Assembly: GCA_951406725.2 (NCBI GenBank)
Contig: OX597831.1
Location: forward strand, 7,316,001 to 7,380,000
Source of the DNA: Octopus vulgaris
Taxonomy: Eukaryota
Length of the DNA: 64,000 nucleotides
Direction: 5' to 3'
Shown: piece by piece, positions 1-13,206 of the stretch
Layout of the letters: each line of letters starts with the position of its first letter
Numbering within the stretch: the stretch's first letter is position 1
Translations under genes and position numbers: made by a program
Notes under the pieces: model-generated
What the model saw: only the letters and a program-made list of their open reading frames with translations
What the model was told of the DNA's origin: nothing
The model's database searches: none

Positions 1-28
1 ACGCTAAACGATGATGATGATGATGATG

Positions 29-61
<33 letters not shown>

Positions 62-479
62 ATTAATAATATTTGATTTAATTTTATTAATACAGAATAC
101 CTCAGATACGCAGAACCAATGCCAACCACCACCATCACCACCTTTATATGGCTGCACATTACATATGATAAACCAAGCAATTTTATATTCGGTGCTATTA
201 TCAGTGAAAGGATGTACGAATTTTGCTAAGAGATGTACTATCAGCCTTATTTTTCTGTATAAATGTTGATTTATAATTTATTCCAGTGAAGCTTAAATGA
301 GGAAGGAGACACACCAATAAAACATCTTCTTTACCAAGTGTAGTGGTAGAGCACTTATAGACTATGGTTTCCCAAAAGCACTAGTTATTAATTGGACATA
401 TTAATTTATGACAGAAGTTACATAGAGCAAACTCAGTTTGATTCTTGGTGGATATGATGGGCCCATCTCGGGTGTCATT

Positions 480-1180
480 AATTGTCTTATAATTAGAATT
501 AGGTGCATCAATATATTGATCATTGTTCGACTGTGGTCGAGACAATGGAATTTACTATGTTATGCCAGACTTCACGGTCCAACATAGCATTACGGAGGTC
601 CTGTTGCTGGATGTCTGTATCCCTGGAGATTACATCAGGGAAGGAGAGTGTGCACCCTCTGGTATCGCGAGCAGATGGTTTCCAGAGGAGAAGAGTAGAA
701 AGTACCTTGTTTTCAGCTCTACAACAATGTCCAGCAAACTGGACTCTTCTACCTTTCACAAGAGATGATACAGGCGGTAGTTTCCCATATATTTGTACTT
801 TGGTTGGATGACGCTTCCACGAGTGATTTTGAGCTCTCATAAGGAGACGAGGGTAAGTTCCATCCAACCGCCTCTCAAGCTTCTTTGATAACGTCCAGGT
901 TTCTGAGCCATATAGTAGAATTGGTTCAACTGTGGCTTTGAAGATTTTAAGTTTGAAATCTCTACTTAGATTTGATGACCAGATCTTATGCATATCATTA
1001 CAGGCTGACCAGGCCATACCCTTTCTAGTTAGAAAATCTTTTTTAGAGGACCCAAGATATTTGTAATCAGAAACCATATTCAAGAGCATATTGTTGGGAG
1101 TATGGATGATGAAATCACTGTTGGACAGGCACTTATTTACATATTCAGTCTTGGACTCATTGAGGTAAAGACCTTTAATT
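480..1180 (-). mobile_element. RTE-like LINE, RT C-terminal fragment
   Basis: ORF 520-1089 with YKYLGS, PILLYGSETWTL and RRVQFAGHC motifs. Confidence 0.85.
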
Positions 1181-2004
1181 GGATAGGGGTGGTAGCATGA
1201 GATGTGCAGTCAGTCGTTATTAATTTTACAATTTAATTTACCCAGGTTAAATCTTGCTATCTACATGTGTGTGTGTGTGTAGTAAATCGCTTTCTATTTA
1301 TGTATGTATGTATCTATCTATCTGTCTATACAAGTATGCATACATACACACTCATACACACGCACACACACACACAAAGCACCCATGCTGGTGTCACATA
1401 AACAGACAACTGGAGCCTGGGCAGTTCTTTGGCTGGTCAGTTCCTACCAAACCATCCAGTCCAAGTCAGCATGGAAAACGGACATTAAATGATGATGATG
1501 ACACACAAGACATTGGTCAGCCTGGAGTTATAGTAGTCTAGGTGCCACAAAAAAGGTGCCGTGCAGTGGGACTGAACCCAAAACCACATGGTTACAAAGT
1601 GAGCTTCTTCACCACACAGCTATCACTGTGCTATGATAATTTTCCTGTTCTGTGGTGATAGGTCCCTCGTCTGAGATGCCACATGCATGACACTTTCTTC
1701 AACAGCAACCTTGTGTGTTCAGTTTGTAACCCAGGCTCTGCTGCTTGTCTGCTCGAGAAGAGCAAACTGTCAAAATATTGACTACTCTCCGACAGGTCTG
1801 TGGTCAAACCTGTGGCAGTGGAGACCTCCAGCCCCCAGAAGACATCTGTAGTCACTAATATTGGGGTGGATATGACTAGCTGCAAGTGTGGTCCCCGTAA
1901 ACGAGAGGGCTGTTTCAGCGCATGTCCCTTATTATCCTCCGAGGCAACACCTTTCCCATTTTAGATATTACTTGTTACTTTCTGTTAATATATGACATCA
2001 GTGC

Positions 2005-2695
2005 CCTATAAAATTATTAACCATCTTACAAACAATAACTGTGGGCAGCTTTTCAAACTCCACTTGTCTAACACTCGTGGACATGTTTACAAAGTCAGAA
2101 AACAGCACAGCTCCCATGACTTTCAGAAACATTTTTTCATGCTAAGAGTTGCTGAAGCATGGAACAAACTGCCGGCATCAGTTGTTAGTTGTCGGAGCAC
2201 TGCATCCTTCAAAACTTCCATGCTTCCTGAGATTCGCCAACACTACACCTAATTTTCTCCCCTCCATACACACACAAGCATGTATCTGACTCCTACACTG
2301 TTCGCTTTCCAGACATTTGTTTGTTTGTTCCTTCTCGAGCCATGCCTGGCTCATAAGGTTTCTTGGCATATAGGTTCCCCACCTGGATGGGACGCCCATC
2401 CATCGCAGGTGAGCTGCAAGAGGAAAGAGAGAGAGAAAGTTGTGGTGAAAGAGTCACCATTACCTTCTGCCAGAGTCGCGTGGAGCTAAGGTGTTTCGCT
2501 CATAAACACACACATCGCCCGGTCTGAGATTCGAACCCACGATCCCTCGACCGCAAGTCCGCTGCTCTAACCAGTAGGCCATGTGCCTCCACAGACATTT
2601 GTACATTACTGCATATGCTTTATATGCACTTTTGACAAGTTGTCGTGCACCTGAGCACTGTATGCAATAATTTCATTATTATTATTATTATTATT
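2005..2695 (+). mobile_element. CR1-like LINE 3' end, interrupted by a SINE
   Basis: TRGHVYKVRK...FFMLRVAEAWNKLP motif and an (ATT)n tail. Related copies at 14556-14775 (-) and 32882-33085 (+). Confidence 0.8.
2321..2591 (-). mobile_element. tRNA-derived SINE (tail type C) inserted in the CR1 fragment
   Basis: tRNA-like head at the 2591 end; TSD CAGACATTTGT at 2310-2320 and 2592-2602. Confidence 0.85.
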
Positions 2696-2828
2696 TTAAC
2701 TCAGGAGTTGTATAACACAGCATGAAAAATTACTTCCTTCTTCCCTGCCTGCAATGACTTACTCTAATTTCACATTCAAACTTACACCTGTAGACATAAG
2801 GCTTTCCCAGTTGCTGTCTCTGTTCGCA

Positions 2829-3170
2829 ATGTGTGGTAAGTAGCTTGCTTACCAACCACATGGTTCCGGGTTCAATCCCATTGCGTGTGGCCTCTTGGGC
2901 AAGTATATATGTGTGTATATGTTTGTGTGTCTGTGTTTGTCCCCCCCCCGACCACCACCACCACCAACATCGCTTGACAACCGTTGCTGGTGTGTTAACG
3001 TCCCCGTAACTTAGCAGTTCGGTAAGGGAGATCCGATAGAGTAAGTGCTGGGTTTACAAAGAATAAATCCTGGGAGTCGATTTGCTCGACTAAAAAAAAG
3101 GCGGTGCTCCAGCATGGGCCCAGTCACTTGACTGAAACAAGTAAAAGAGAAAAGAGAAAAAGTAAAAGAT
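2829..3170 (+). mobile_element. Second tRNA-derived SINE family with (GAGTAAAA)-type tail
   Basis: A/B box-like head, ACCTTGGGCAAG-like core, shared 3' body. Copies at 46457-46727 (+), 60250-60645 (-), 16860-17095 and 14925-15085. Confidence 0.8.
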
Positions 3171-3280
3171 TAAATAAATAAATAAAATAAATAAATAAAT
3201 ATTTCCTTGGGTAAAACCTCTTCTAACAATCGACGTCTACAAACTTACACTTCATGTTGGAGTTAAGAGTTATCTCCCAT

Positions 3281-3294
3281 GTTACCTGAGTTAC
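3281..3294. promoter_or_regulatory. Possible RFX X-box upstream of the candidate start codon
   Basis: GTTACC-TG-AGTTAC is one mismatch from GTNRCC(N0-3)RGYAAC and lies ~50 bp before the ATG; ciliary genes are typical RFX targets. Caveat: the same 14-mer recurs near 18828, so it may be repeat-derived. Confidence 0.3.
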
Positions 3295-3345
3295 AGTTAT
3301 AAACATTATTTGGGAGATTATAAACATCGTATAAAAACATCCACG

Positions 3346-3354
3346 ATGGAGGAG
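3346..3354 (+). CDS. CFAP58: CFAP58 candidate coding exon 1 (MEE)
   Basis: ccacgATGGAGGAG|gttagc: good Kozak context (A at -3, G at +4) and a phase-0 donor matching the phase-0 acceptor at 6116. Human CFAP58 starts MAE. Confidence 0.55.
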
Positions 3355-3382
3355 GTTAGCTCTCTTTTTTTATATATACTCA

Positions 3383-3417
<35 letters not shown>

Positions 3418-3485
3418 TTATTTGTTTCATATATATTCATTTATTTATGTTGTGTGTGTCATGTTACATATATAACGTATTTTTT

Positions 3486-3530
<45 letters not shown>

Positions 3531-3799
3531 CGTATCTTTTGAGTCTGTTGAGGGTGATCTAAGAACTCTTCAGTCAACGTAATGATCGTAAAGCTCGTTA
3601 TTGTTGTTGTTGCTGTTGTCATTTAACCCCAGGTCGTCCCGAATCGAGCAAAGCTATGATCAAAGGTGTTTCAGCCATCACCGCTCTATCTGTTATTCAT
3701 GCGTTGTGTACCTTAGGTTACCTTATTAAATGCATCCTTTTTTTGGCTGCTATTTCTAGCACGAGTAACCACGTAGAAGCTCCCACATTATTATTGTTG

Positions 3800-4172
3800 T
3801 TGCTGTTGAGCGAACGGTCTTCGTCCCAGAGCTAGCAAGATGGGGGAAGTTCGAAACGTGGCCCTTTGCTAATTCGTAAGACCCGCAGAAGAAAAAGCAG
3901 GTCAACTCCCGACACCGAGAGCATCAACGGATGGATGAATGCGCATCCAGGCTCAGCGGTTGCGTAGGAAGTCGGGGAGGACAAGAAACAGGAAGAAAGA
4001 GTGAGAGAAAGTTTGAGCGAAAGAGTGCAACAGGGGTCGCCCCCCCCCCCTGCCGGAGCCCCGTGGAGCTTTTTCGCTCAATAAACACACACAACGCCCG
4101 GTCTGGGAATCGAAACCGCGATCCTCCGATCGCGAGTCCGCTGCCCTAACCATTGGGCCATTGCGCCTCCAC
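3800..4172 (-). mobile_element. tRNA-Arg-like SINE, full length (tail type A)
   Basis: Head GTGGAGGCGCAATGGCCCAATGGTTAGGGCAGCGGACTCGCGATCGGAGGATCGCGGTTTCGATTCC with A and B boxes; TSD TATTGTTG. Confidence 0.9.
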
Positions 4173-5439
4173 TATTGTTGAATAGGATACATTCTCATAT
4201 CTAGGGTTCGATTCCTAGTTGGCTAATGTTGTCAAGGTTTTTGAGGAAAAGTATGAATATCACATATTTCTCTCTCTCTCTCTCTCTGAATGTGTTTGCC
4301 CCTCACTTTTTCTCTCCCCCGCTCTTCCCCTATCTCTGCCTTTTCTTACCCCGTCTCTCCCCCCCCTCTGTGAGCGAGAGGATTATTATTTGTTTTTTTT
4401 CCTTTGTTACTCTTTGGCTCCGGAGGGAAGAGGCGTTGGCCACGGCTATTGCGATCGTTCCTTTCCTAAATTGGTGAGATTTGACGTTGTTCCTGTTTTT
4501 CTTGACGCTTGATGGCGGAGGTGGGTGGGTGGGGAAGAATTGTAGAGGGAGATGGTTCTGGGAAGGAAAGATTGTGTGTAGGGATTGTTGTGTATCATGA
4601 AGGTGAACTCAGGAGGGGGGTTGTGAGGAGGAGAGGGAAGTGGGTCAAAAATACATGCGGTGGGGGTGGAGGCTGAGGGTAAGTGGCAACCAGGTCTGAG
4701 GAACAGAAGCCATTATTGTATGGGAGAGGGAGAGGAAACAGACAGACAGACTGACTGACTGGCAGGCAGAATGGATCTATAATCAAAGACATTCTGGCCA
4801 TGAACATCTCATCTTTCCCCTTCAGTCTTGACAAGAAATCTTAAGAAAGGAAACTATATATAATAAATGTATGTACACACATACATACATACATACATAT
4901 ATATACATGCATGCATGCATACATACATGCTTCCGTACATACATACATACATATGATAAATGTATGTATGTATGTATGTATGTATGTATGTATGTACGGA
5001 AGCATGTATGTATGTGTGTGTGTGTGTATGTATGTGAGTGTGTGTATGTATGTATGTGTGTATGTATGTATATATGTATGTATGTATGCATGTATGTATG
5101 TATGTGTGTGTTTGTATGTATGGAATCCAGTACAAGCTGATGCATGGTTGGGCTGTTGGCAACAGACCATGTCTCTTGGAAAAGGCACTCTGGACGTCTT
5201 GGGGTCTTTTGTTTGCACTTGAGATCATGGTTGAGCTCATGTTCCTGAGATTCTGACCTATATAGGCACCAGATATCTTATGTTGGGTTGTCCTTGGATC
5301 ATGCCGATAGGGTTCTATGAGGTGTCAGGAAATGTTGCACAAGCATGGCTGACATTTTGCATGGACATTGCTGCTTGAGTGCACAATGTCTTTAATGGTC
5401 AGTGAGGGTGTTCTACTGTCAAAAGTAGAAAGCCATCGT

Positions 5440-5472
<33 letters not shown>

Positions 5473-5473
<1 letters not shown>

Positions 5474-5652
5474 GCGGTATTTCGTCTGCCGTTACGTTCT
5501 GAGTTCAAATTCCGCTGAGGTCGACTTTGCCTTTCATCCTTTCGGGGTCGATAAATAAAGTACCTGTTATGCACTGGGGTCGATATAATCGACTTAATCC
5601 CTTTGTCTGTCCTTGTTTATCCCCTCTGTGTTTAGCCCCTTGTGGGCAATAA

Positions 5653-5655
<3 letters not shown>
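5473..5655 (+). mobile_element. MetaSINE-like element (partial)
   Basis: GAGTTCAAATTCC B box followed by GCCTTTCATCCTTTCGGGGTCGATAAA...AGTACC, resembling the Meta central domain. Copies at 11600-11820 (+), 20487-20840 (-) and 28755-28990 (-). Confidence 0.75.
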
Positions 5656-5698
<43 letters not shown>

Positions 5699-6115
5699 TT
5701 GTGTGAGTACATCTGCATGCAGAACTATATTTCAAATTAATGTTCTTCCTGTTTTTGTTATTTGACTTTCTTTGAGGTTTTACCATTTTTGGTTTGTTTA
5801 ACACTTCACATGATTGTTTAAGATCCGAGGCTCTTCCAACAGAGAAGTCTTGTTAAATGGATATCACTATAAACATATGTTGCTCTGTTCATTCTATTCG
5901 TAATACATTCCTTTTGTAAAGTATTGCAGTTAGTTACAATTCTTCATTTCTCGAAAGAGATCCATCTTCAAATGAGATGAAAAAAAACTTAGATTTGCTC
6001 ATTTGGCAAAGTCTCCTCTCAGGTCACGTTGTTCTGGTTTCCTTTGTTGATGTTGTTTATTCAAAGTGTAAAGACAGATTTCATCCATCTAAAAGTGTTT
6101 TTATATACTTTACAG

Positions 6116-6334
6116 GGAAAAAAAGAGGAGACAGACAGCCAAAAGGAGGAAGAGAAACCGCCCGAGGAAGAGAAGTTACCGGAAGAAGAGGAACCAGAAG
6201 AAAAAAAGAAACCAGCTGATAAAGACAAAGCGGTTGATAAGAGCAAACCGGTTGAGAAAGGCAAAAAAGCTGCCGATGAGAAAACAGTTGAGGAGGAGGT
6301 CATGTTTAAAAGTATGGATGATAATTTATCAGAA
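6116..6334 (+). CDS. CFAP58: CFAP58 exon 2, Glu/Lys-rich N-terminal extension (GKKEETDSQ...DDNLSE)
   Basis: tttacag| acceptor, |gtaagc donor, 219 nt open, phase 0-0. No homology recognised; it is linked to CFAP58 by phase and position only. Confidence 0.65.
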
Positions 6335-6586
6335 GTAAGCATAAATTTTGTGAATTATCGTTTTTAGTCAACTGCTTCTGGTCAAATTCACAATGTTATC
6401 TGACAACCAGTTTACAATGTAGCAGCTTGTGGATTCTCATCAGCACAATACTGGAACCATTCCACTTGGAAGCAAATAATAGCAGAGTGTTAGAGTGTTA
6501 AAGTGATATCTTAATGAATTTCATAAAGTTAATGAATTTCCAATGTTGCCACAATTGTTGCCCTACATACACACAACAAGAAAATG

Positions 6587-7002
6587 GGATCTTTTCGGTT
6601 TGACTGGCAGTTTTTTTTCTAGCAGTATCATATGAAATTGTCACCCATAATTATGACCCTAGTATCGATCTATTGCATTTCAATCTGTTTTAGGGTTAGG
6701 GTTAGGGCTGGGGGGAAGGGTATCTTTTTTCTTCACAAATGTAAATAAACCCAATCTGTTTCTTAAACGAGGGACATATTCATACGGCACAGAATGTTTT
6801 CACCTCAATAGACGTCATTGATTGGTTGAAATTGCAGAAATTGAAGAAAAAAACAACAATATCTTACAAACTATAGAATTTTCTCAATAAAGCCAAGAGA
6901 AAATGATGTTTTATAAACACATTCTACCAGTTTACGGAGTTTAAAATTTTTTAGTTACGTGGAAATTATTTTAAAAAACTGCCGTTCAAACCGAAAAGAT
7001 CC
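6587..7002. mobile_element. MITE with ~30-bp TIRs and 8-bp TSD (Merlin- or hAT-like)
   Basis: GGATCTTTTCGGTTTGA.../...TCAAACCGAAAAGATCC; TSD AGAAAATG at 6579-6586 and 7003-7010. Confidence 0.9.
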
Positions 7003-7690
7003 AGAAAATGAAGTTCACGTTTAGAAGCAGATTTGACTAACAACAAGTGGACTTAGGGTTAGGGTTGCTCCCTTTTAATTCTCAAAGCATTTCTGTTGAT
7101 TCTTTAATGCTCCTTGGTAATGAGTCCCAAATCATCAGTGAATTTGAGATGATTTAGTACGCATCCATTTGCATTTATTCTCTTATCTGACCTTTTCTGA
7201 TGTGAATAATTTGGAAATTATGATGTTTCCTTGTCAGACTCTGTTACTAATTTTGTTTGTTTGTTTGTATGTCTCTTTTATTTTTTAATTATTATAAATC
7301 TTCCACCGAAGAGAGAGAGCTGGTTTCCAACAAAGATACAAGGCTCCATCTTTGGGATGTAGTTAACAGGGAAAAATTCACATTTGGAACCTGAGAAAAG
7401 TCTTGCATATTTTTACTGTTCCACTTACAAATGTGTATGTATGTATGTAGGTAGGTAGGTAGATACACACACACACAAATACATAAGTATATATGCACAA
7501 GTAAGACTGTAAGAGATAGATCCGGTTGGCCTGTTAGAAATAGCAGCCAAAACCCGCCCCTGTTACCATATCCTGTCGTCTTTAAAAATAAAAAAAAAAT
7601 AGTGCCAGAATAAGTGACCGGGTGGCGGTTGCAGCTGGCCCCGACGACGGCGGAGGCGGCGACTACCACCACCAGTAACAGCACCAGTAG

Positions 7691-8077
7691 TGGAGGCGCA
7701 ATGGCCCAGTGGTTAGGGCAGCGGACTCGCGATCGGAGGATCGCGGTTTCGATTCCCAGACCGGGCGTTGTGTGTGTTTATTGAGCGAAAACACCTAAAG
7801 CTCCACGAGGCTCCGGCAGGGGTGGTGGGTGGCGACCCCTGTTGTACTCTTTCGCTCCAACTTTCTCTCACTCTTTCTTCCTGTTTCTTGTCCTCCTCGA
7901 CTTCCTACGCAACCGCTGAGTCTGGATGCGCATTCAATCCATCCGTCGATGCTCTCGGTGTCGGGGGTTGATCTGCTTTCTCTTCTGCGGGTCTTACGAA
8001 TAGCAAAGGACCACGTTTCGGACTTCTCCCACTACGGACTAAGACCGCTTTGCTCAACAAACAAACAAGCAAACAAA
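7691..8077 (+). mobile_element. tRNA-Arg-like SINE, full length (tail type A)
   Basis: Same family as 3800-4172, in the opposite orientation. Confidence 0.9.
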
Positions 8078-9411
8078 GCAACAGCACCACTAACAGCGGC
8101 GGCGGCGGTTATCTCGGCGCTGGAAAGAGCTAAGATTTGCAAAAAACATCGAAGTAGGTCCCTCAAATACACGGCTAGCTCTCAGCTGCCTGTAAGAGAG
8201 TTATAAGCAGCGATTTGAACCACAAAAGTAAAGAAAAGGTTGAGCTTCCATTCCTATTGTTGACATTTAAGATAGCTCCTCTCTGCCAACCATTTATCCA
8301 CCCGGTTCATAATTTGTGGCGTTCCAGCCTTGATCATCCTCAAGCAGTCGACAACATTATGCAGTGTGGGCCCCTTTATGTTTTTAGTTAGAAGGGTGTA
8401 ATTTAAAATAGATTTGGCTGCTATTTTAAGCAAGTCAAATTACGTTACCATGGAGAATTACTGTCATAGATTCGTTTAAGATAAAATGAATTATAAAACT
8501 TCAAAGGGAGTATACACCTTCTAAGAAGCTACAACTTACCCCCCCCTTGTAGCAATAACTTTTTTTTTCGGGAATGTAATTCGTGTTCAAAGATTCTTTT
8601 GGAACGAAAAGAAAATGCACGCGTGCGCACATACACGCACACACACACAAAAATGCACGCACGCACACACACACATAGACACGCACACACACATATACAC
8701 GTACACACACACACATACATACACGCACATGTACAGACAGACACGCACACACACACACACATATACACGTATACACACGCACACGCACACACACACACAT
8801 ACACATACAAACACACACAAAAATGCACGCACACATACACACACACAGACATGCACACACACACACGCACACGTACAGACTGACACGCACACACACACAC
8901 ACACATATACACGTACGCACACGCACACGTACACACACACACACACATACATACAAACACACACAAAAATGCACACACACACACAGACTCAGCTACAAAA
9001 AGCAGAAAAGAAAATAACAGAAGCAAAGATGAATAATGGACCGAGTTGTGGTGGCATTGATGGCCTTTTTGTTAGAAAGATGTCGGCATGTAAGTTTACT
9101 TGTAAGGGTAATCATGAAGTGATGGAGTCATTACCGAGGCAGGATGCAATGTGTGCTTGAGCAAGGAACTTCATTTTACGTGACTCTAATCCACTTAGCG
9201 GTAATGAGTCCCAGGCTAGTATCGGAGGGGGGGGGAGCTCCCTGTTGCCTGTGTCTCTGCCTGCCCCCTCTCTCTTTCTTTCTGTCTGTCTGTCTCTCTC
9301 TCCTCTCTCCCTTCCCCTCTCTCTCTCCTCTCTCTCTCTCTATCCAGCTGTCGTAAACCTGGATGTTCTGCCGATGTAAGGGCGAAGCGACCGAGAAGCT
9401 ATCTTGAACAC

Positions 9412-9462
<51 letters not shown>

Positions 9463-9619
9463 CGGACGGACGGACGCACGCACGCACGCACACACACACA
9501 CACGCGCGCGCGGACGGACGCACGCACGCGCGCTGTTCTGACGTGTTTGCCTTTCCGAAAGGTCCTTGAGTTATTTGGTAGAATAACATTTCTACAACTT
9601 GGAATTGAAACCATATCTA

Positions 9620-9956
9620 GGATCTTTTCGCTTTGACCGGCAGGTTTTTAAAATAATTTCTTTGTAACTAACCACTTTTAAACTTCGTATACTGGTAGAA
9701 TGTGTTTATAAAACATCTTTTTCTCTCGGCTTTCTTGAGAAAATTCTGTAGTTTGTAAGATATTTGTTGCTTATTGGTTGAAATTGCCGAAATGCAAGAA
9801 AATAAACAACAAATAGCTTACAAACTACAGAATTTTCTCAAGAAAGCCAAGAGAAAAAGATGTTTTATAAACACATTCTACCAGTATACGAAGTTTAAAA
9901 GTGTTTAGTTAACTAGAAATTATTTAAAAAATCTGCCGGTCAAGGCAAAAAGATCC
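9620..9956. mobile_element. Fold-back derivative of the 6587 MITE (two copies of one end)
   Basis: ~150-bp inverted arms with GGATCTTTT termini; the arms match 6821-7002. Confidence 0.8.
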
Positions 9957-10319
9957 CTGTTTGCTAACATAGGTGCAGACAGGTGTTCCAATTCCAGGTG
10001 TAAATATAATCCATCATATCGACGCATGAACTCCACTGTTACTTCATTTTATCGACCCCAAGAGGGATGATCAATCTTTGATGTGTTTTTTTTCTTCACA
10101 TCTACAGATTAGAATTTAAACATTGGCGGCATATTTTCATGGCGCATGTTTACTGTCACACAGGAATCCGACATTTTAAAAAAAAACCGTTCCTTGCCGT
10201 ACAATGCACTCTCAACATAACCTTTGGTTTCTTATGGGTGTTTGTGTGCGTGTATACGTGTGTGTGTGTGAGGAGAGAGACGTGAAAGAGAGAGAGAGAG
10301 ACGTATGGGTGAGTGCGTG

Positions 10320-10361
10320 AGATAGATAGATATAAATACAGACAGATAGCTAGATAGCTAT

Positions 10362-10418
<57 letters not shown>

Positions 10419-10462
10419 CAGACAGATAGATCAATAGATAGATAGATAGATAGGCTGATAAG

Positions 10463-10510
<48 letters not shown>

Positions 10511-10553
10511 CAGATAGATAGATAGAGAGAGATAGATAGATAGATAGGCTAAG

Positions 10554-10597
<44 letters not shown>

Positions 10598-10613
10598 TAG
10601 ATAGATAGATAGG

Positions 10614-10651
<38 letters not shown>

Positions 10652-10776
10652 CGGACGGACGGGCAGACAGATAGATAGATAGATAGATAGAGAGATAGAT
10701 AGATAGATAGATAGATAGATTGACAGAGATAGATAGATAAATAGACTGATAGATAAATAGATAGATAGATAGATAG

Positions 10777-10842
<66 letters not shown>

Positions 10843-10865
10843 GTAGATAGATAGGTAGATAGTCA
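10320..10865. repeat. (GATA)n microsatellite
   Basis: Visible tetranucleotide tract. Confidence 0.95.
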
Positions 10866-11959
10866 TAGAATGTATGAGAGAGACTCTTTTAACTGAGTGA
10901 TATAATATTTATGGACCACAGAAAAATAAAGTTGACATCGGCGACACTCGAACACAGAACGTAAAAAGCGGAAACAATGACCACAAAATATTTTATTAGA
11001 CATTTTATTGATGGGTTTTGCTAATCAACCACCCCGTGAACCCAAATAAGTTCTGTTTATCTGAATAATATTTGAAAAAAAAAAGTAATATTAACAGTTT
11101 GTCGTCTGATTTCTTGTAAAGCAAAAGTATGTTGGCCTCTTTAAAAGACTATATTATATTAGAATCGAACCGCGAAGTACAATAAAAATTATTTAGTTAG
11201 AAATTAAATACGACTGGCTTTACACAGTTCCTGTTTATCAAATTCCACTTCAACGGTATTGAGGAACCAAAAGCTAAAATATAAGGAATTTTACCCTAAG
11301 TGCCCTTTAACGATAATGTTGTCGAAGAGAGATGGAAATAAATGTTATATGTAACCATACAGAATGTAACATTTCCAATCCTCTCAGGCTTTGATACATA
11401 TTGATTGTTAAAGCTTTTATTTCAACGACAAACATTTATTTTTATAAATATTTAAAATATTTGGCGAATATTTTTTATTTTCTAGATGAGACTTGAAGAG
11501 TTGCCTCCCATGTATCGTTGGTGCCAAAAATTCACTGAAACTTCGGATTACTTTCTAGAAGTGTGATTTGATAAAGGTTTATTAATATTTGTAGCTGTTT
11601 AAAGCAGTGAGCAGGCAGAATCGTTAGCATGCCGGGCAAAATGCTGAGTGACATTTTGTCCTTCTCTACGTTCTGAGTTCAAATGCCGCCGGGGTCACCT
11701 TCACCTTTCATCCTTTTGGAGTCGATAAAATAAATACTAGTTGAGCTCTAGGATCGATGTAATCTACTGCCACCCTCGCTGCCCCCGATATTGCTGGACT
11801 TGTGCCAAAATTTGAAACCAATATTTGCTGTTTGAAGGGCCTTTTAGATGAGCCATGGATGTGAAAACCCGGAAGATACTGATCAGTACAAGTAATTTTC
11901 CCATCAGTAACGACGTAGAACCGTCGAAACGAAAACAAAAGGGCAGAGGCTTAACATCG

Positions 11960-12610
11960 ACCCAAAGTGCCTTTGCATATGTTAGCAGAAAGTTCCAGGA
12001 TGACAATAATATTGGTCATCATCAAAGCAGTCTTTCATGGACCAAGAACTGGATTGCTAACTTTCGCTTTGAAGGATATGCATTTGCGCTCCAAGAATAA
12101 GAAATACCAATCAAATACCTGATGAACAAAAGGGGCAGAGACGCAGAAAAAGAAACACGAAAATGGGATAGCCATTGCAGACTTTATGGTGTGAACATTG
12201 AAGATATCGCCCACATCATAAGCAGTTGTCCAAAATTTTCATTGCAGTATTATGTACCAAGTGAGAGATGCTGTGGTAGCTAGAACACTGTGAAAGGAGA
12301 TTTGTCAGAAGGATAATCTTGAGGTCAAAGATATAAGAACTCACAGTATGGTAGAGGCCATAGTCACTTATAAAAAGAAGGAGTACTGGTGGAATGTCCG
12401 AATGGTGTCTCAGTAATTGACCAAACATAGTGGTTTGGGATCGAGAAGAAAAACTGTGTAGAATCGTGGAAATCAGTCACCCATAAAGATAAAGATCAGT
12501 GGGAAAAGAAAAACCTGAACTATTGAGAAATTTACAGTTTACTCTACTTGGATAACAAGTTCAGGTTGATACCTGTAATTATTGGGATACTGGGATATGT
12601 AACAAACTGT
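11960..12610 (+). mobile_element. R4/Dong-like non-LTR retrotransposon 3' fragment (zinc knuckle + restriction-like endonuclease)
   Basis: EGYAFALQE..., HCRLYGVNIEDIAHIISSCPK, PNIVVWDREEKLCRIVEIS and IPVIIGILG, with stops and frameshifts. Confidence 0.75.
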
Positions 12611-12873
12611 TTGTGCTTCTGTTTCTGCTGCTTGGAGGGACACTTCAGTCAAGAATTTATTTCATTAACCATTCCATACACCCGACGACCTTCACTTCTT
12701 TATCAAAATTCATGCTATGGCTGAAGCTATTTGAATTATTTCCCTTGGATTATTTGTTTTTAAGACAAGTCTTGGTGTATCAGTACAAGTGTATCTAGGA
12801 GTATTTAGTGTGGTTGCTAGTCATATAGTCTTTGTTGACTGTTCACAGAGTGGGGCAGGGTATGTGTGTCGGC

Positions 12874-13206
12874 CAGGGATTTTCAACCACTTTTTATCTG
12901 TGGACCCCTTTGATTACTGTTTCATTCTGGTGGACCCTACCTAAACATTCTATATTTAAAAACTAGTTTCATAGAAACTTCTTTCAAAATTCCTGTTTTG
13001 TTTCCCCGCACTTTAACTTGTGTTATTTGAACAATGTAAAATGTTGGAGAAAGAAACCAGCTGTTTCTTTCAATACATACCAATACAAACAACTAAAGCA
13101 AACTTTTTTTTCAGGGGCCCTTAAAATATTATTGTGGATCCCCAATTTGCTATTTTGTTGCATGGATCCCCAAAAATCTTATATGGACCTCAGTTGAGAA
13201 CCACTG
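12874..13206. mobile_element. hAT (Charlie-like) MITE
   Basis: TIRs CAGGGATTTTCAAC / GTTGAGAACCACTG with internal TGGACCCC repeats; TSD decayed. Confidence 0.6.

Noticed and set aside
6690-6707. (TTAGGG)3 as an interstitial telomere
   Set aside because: Only three units, internal to a MITE.
7691-7762. SINE heads as tRNA genes
   Set aside because: There is no proper acceptor stem, and they continue into SINE bodies with TSDs.
11486-11566. tttctag|ATGAGACTTGAAG... as an extra CFAP58 exon
   Set aside because: The frame reaches TGA, there is no convincing donor, and there is no homology.
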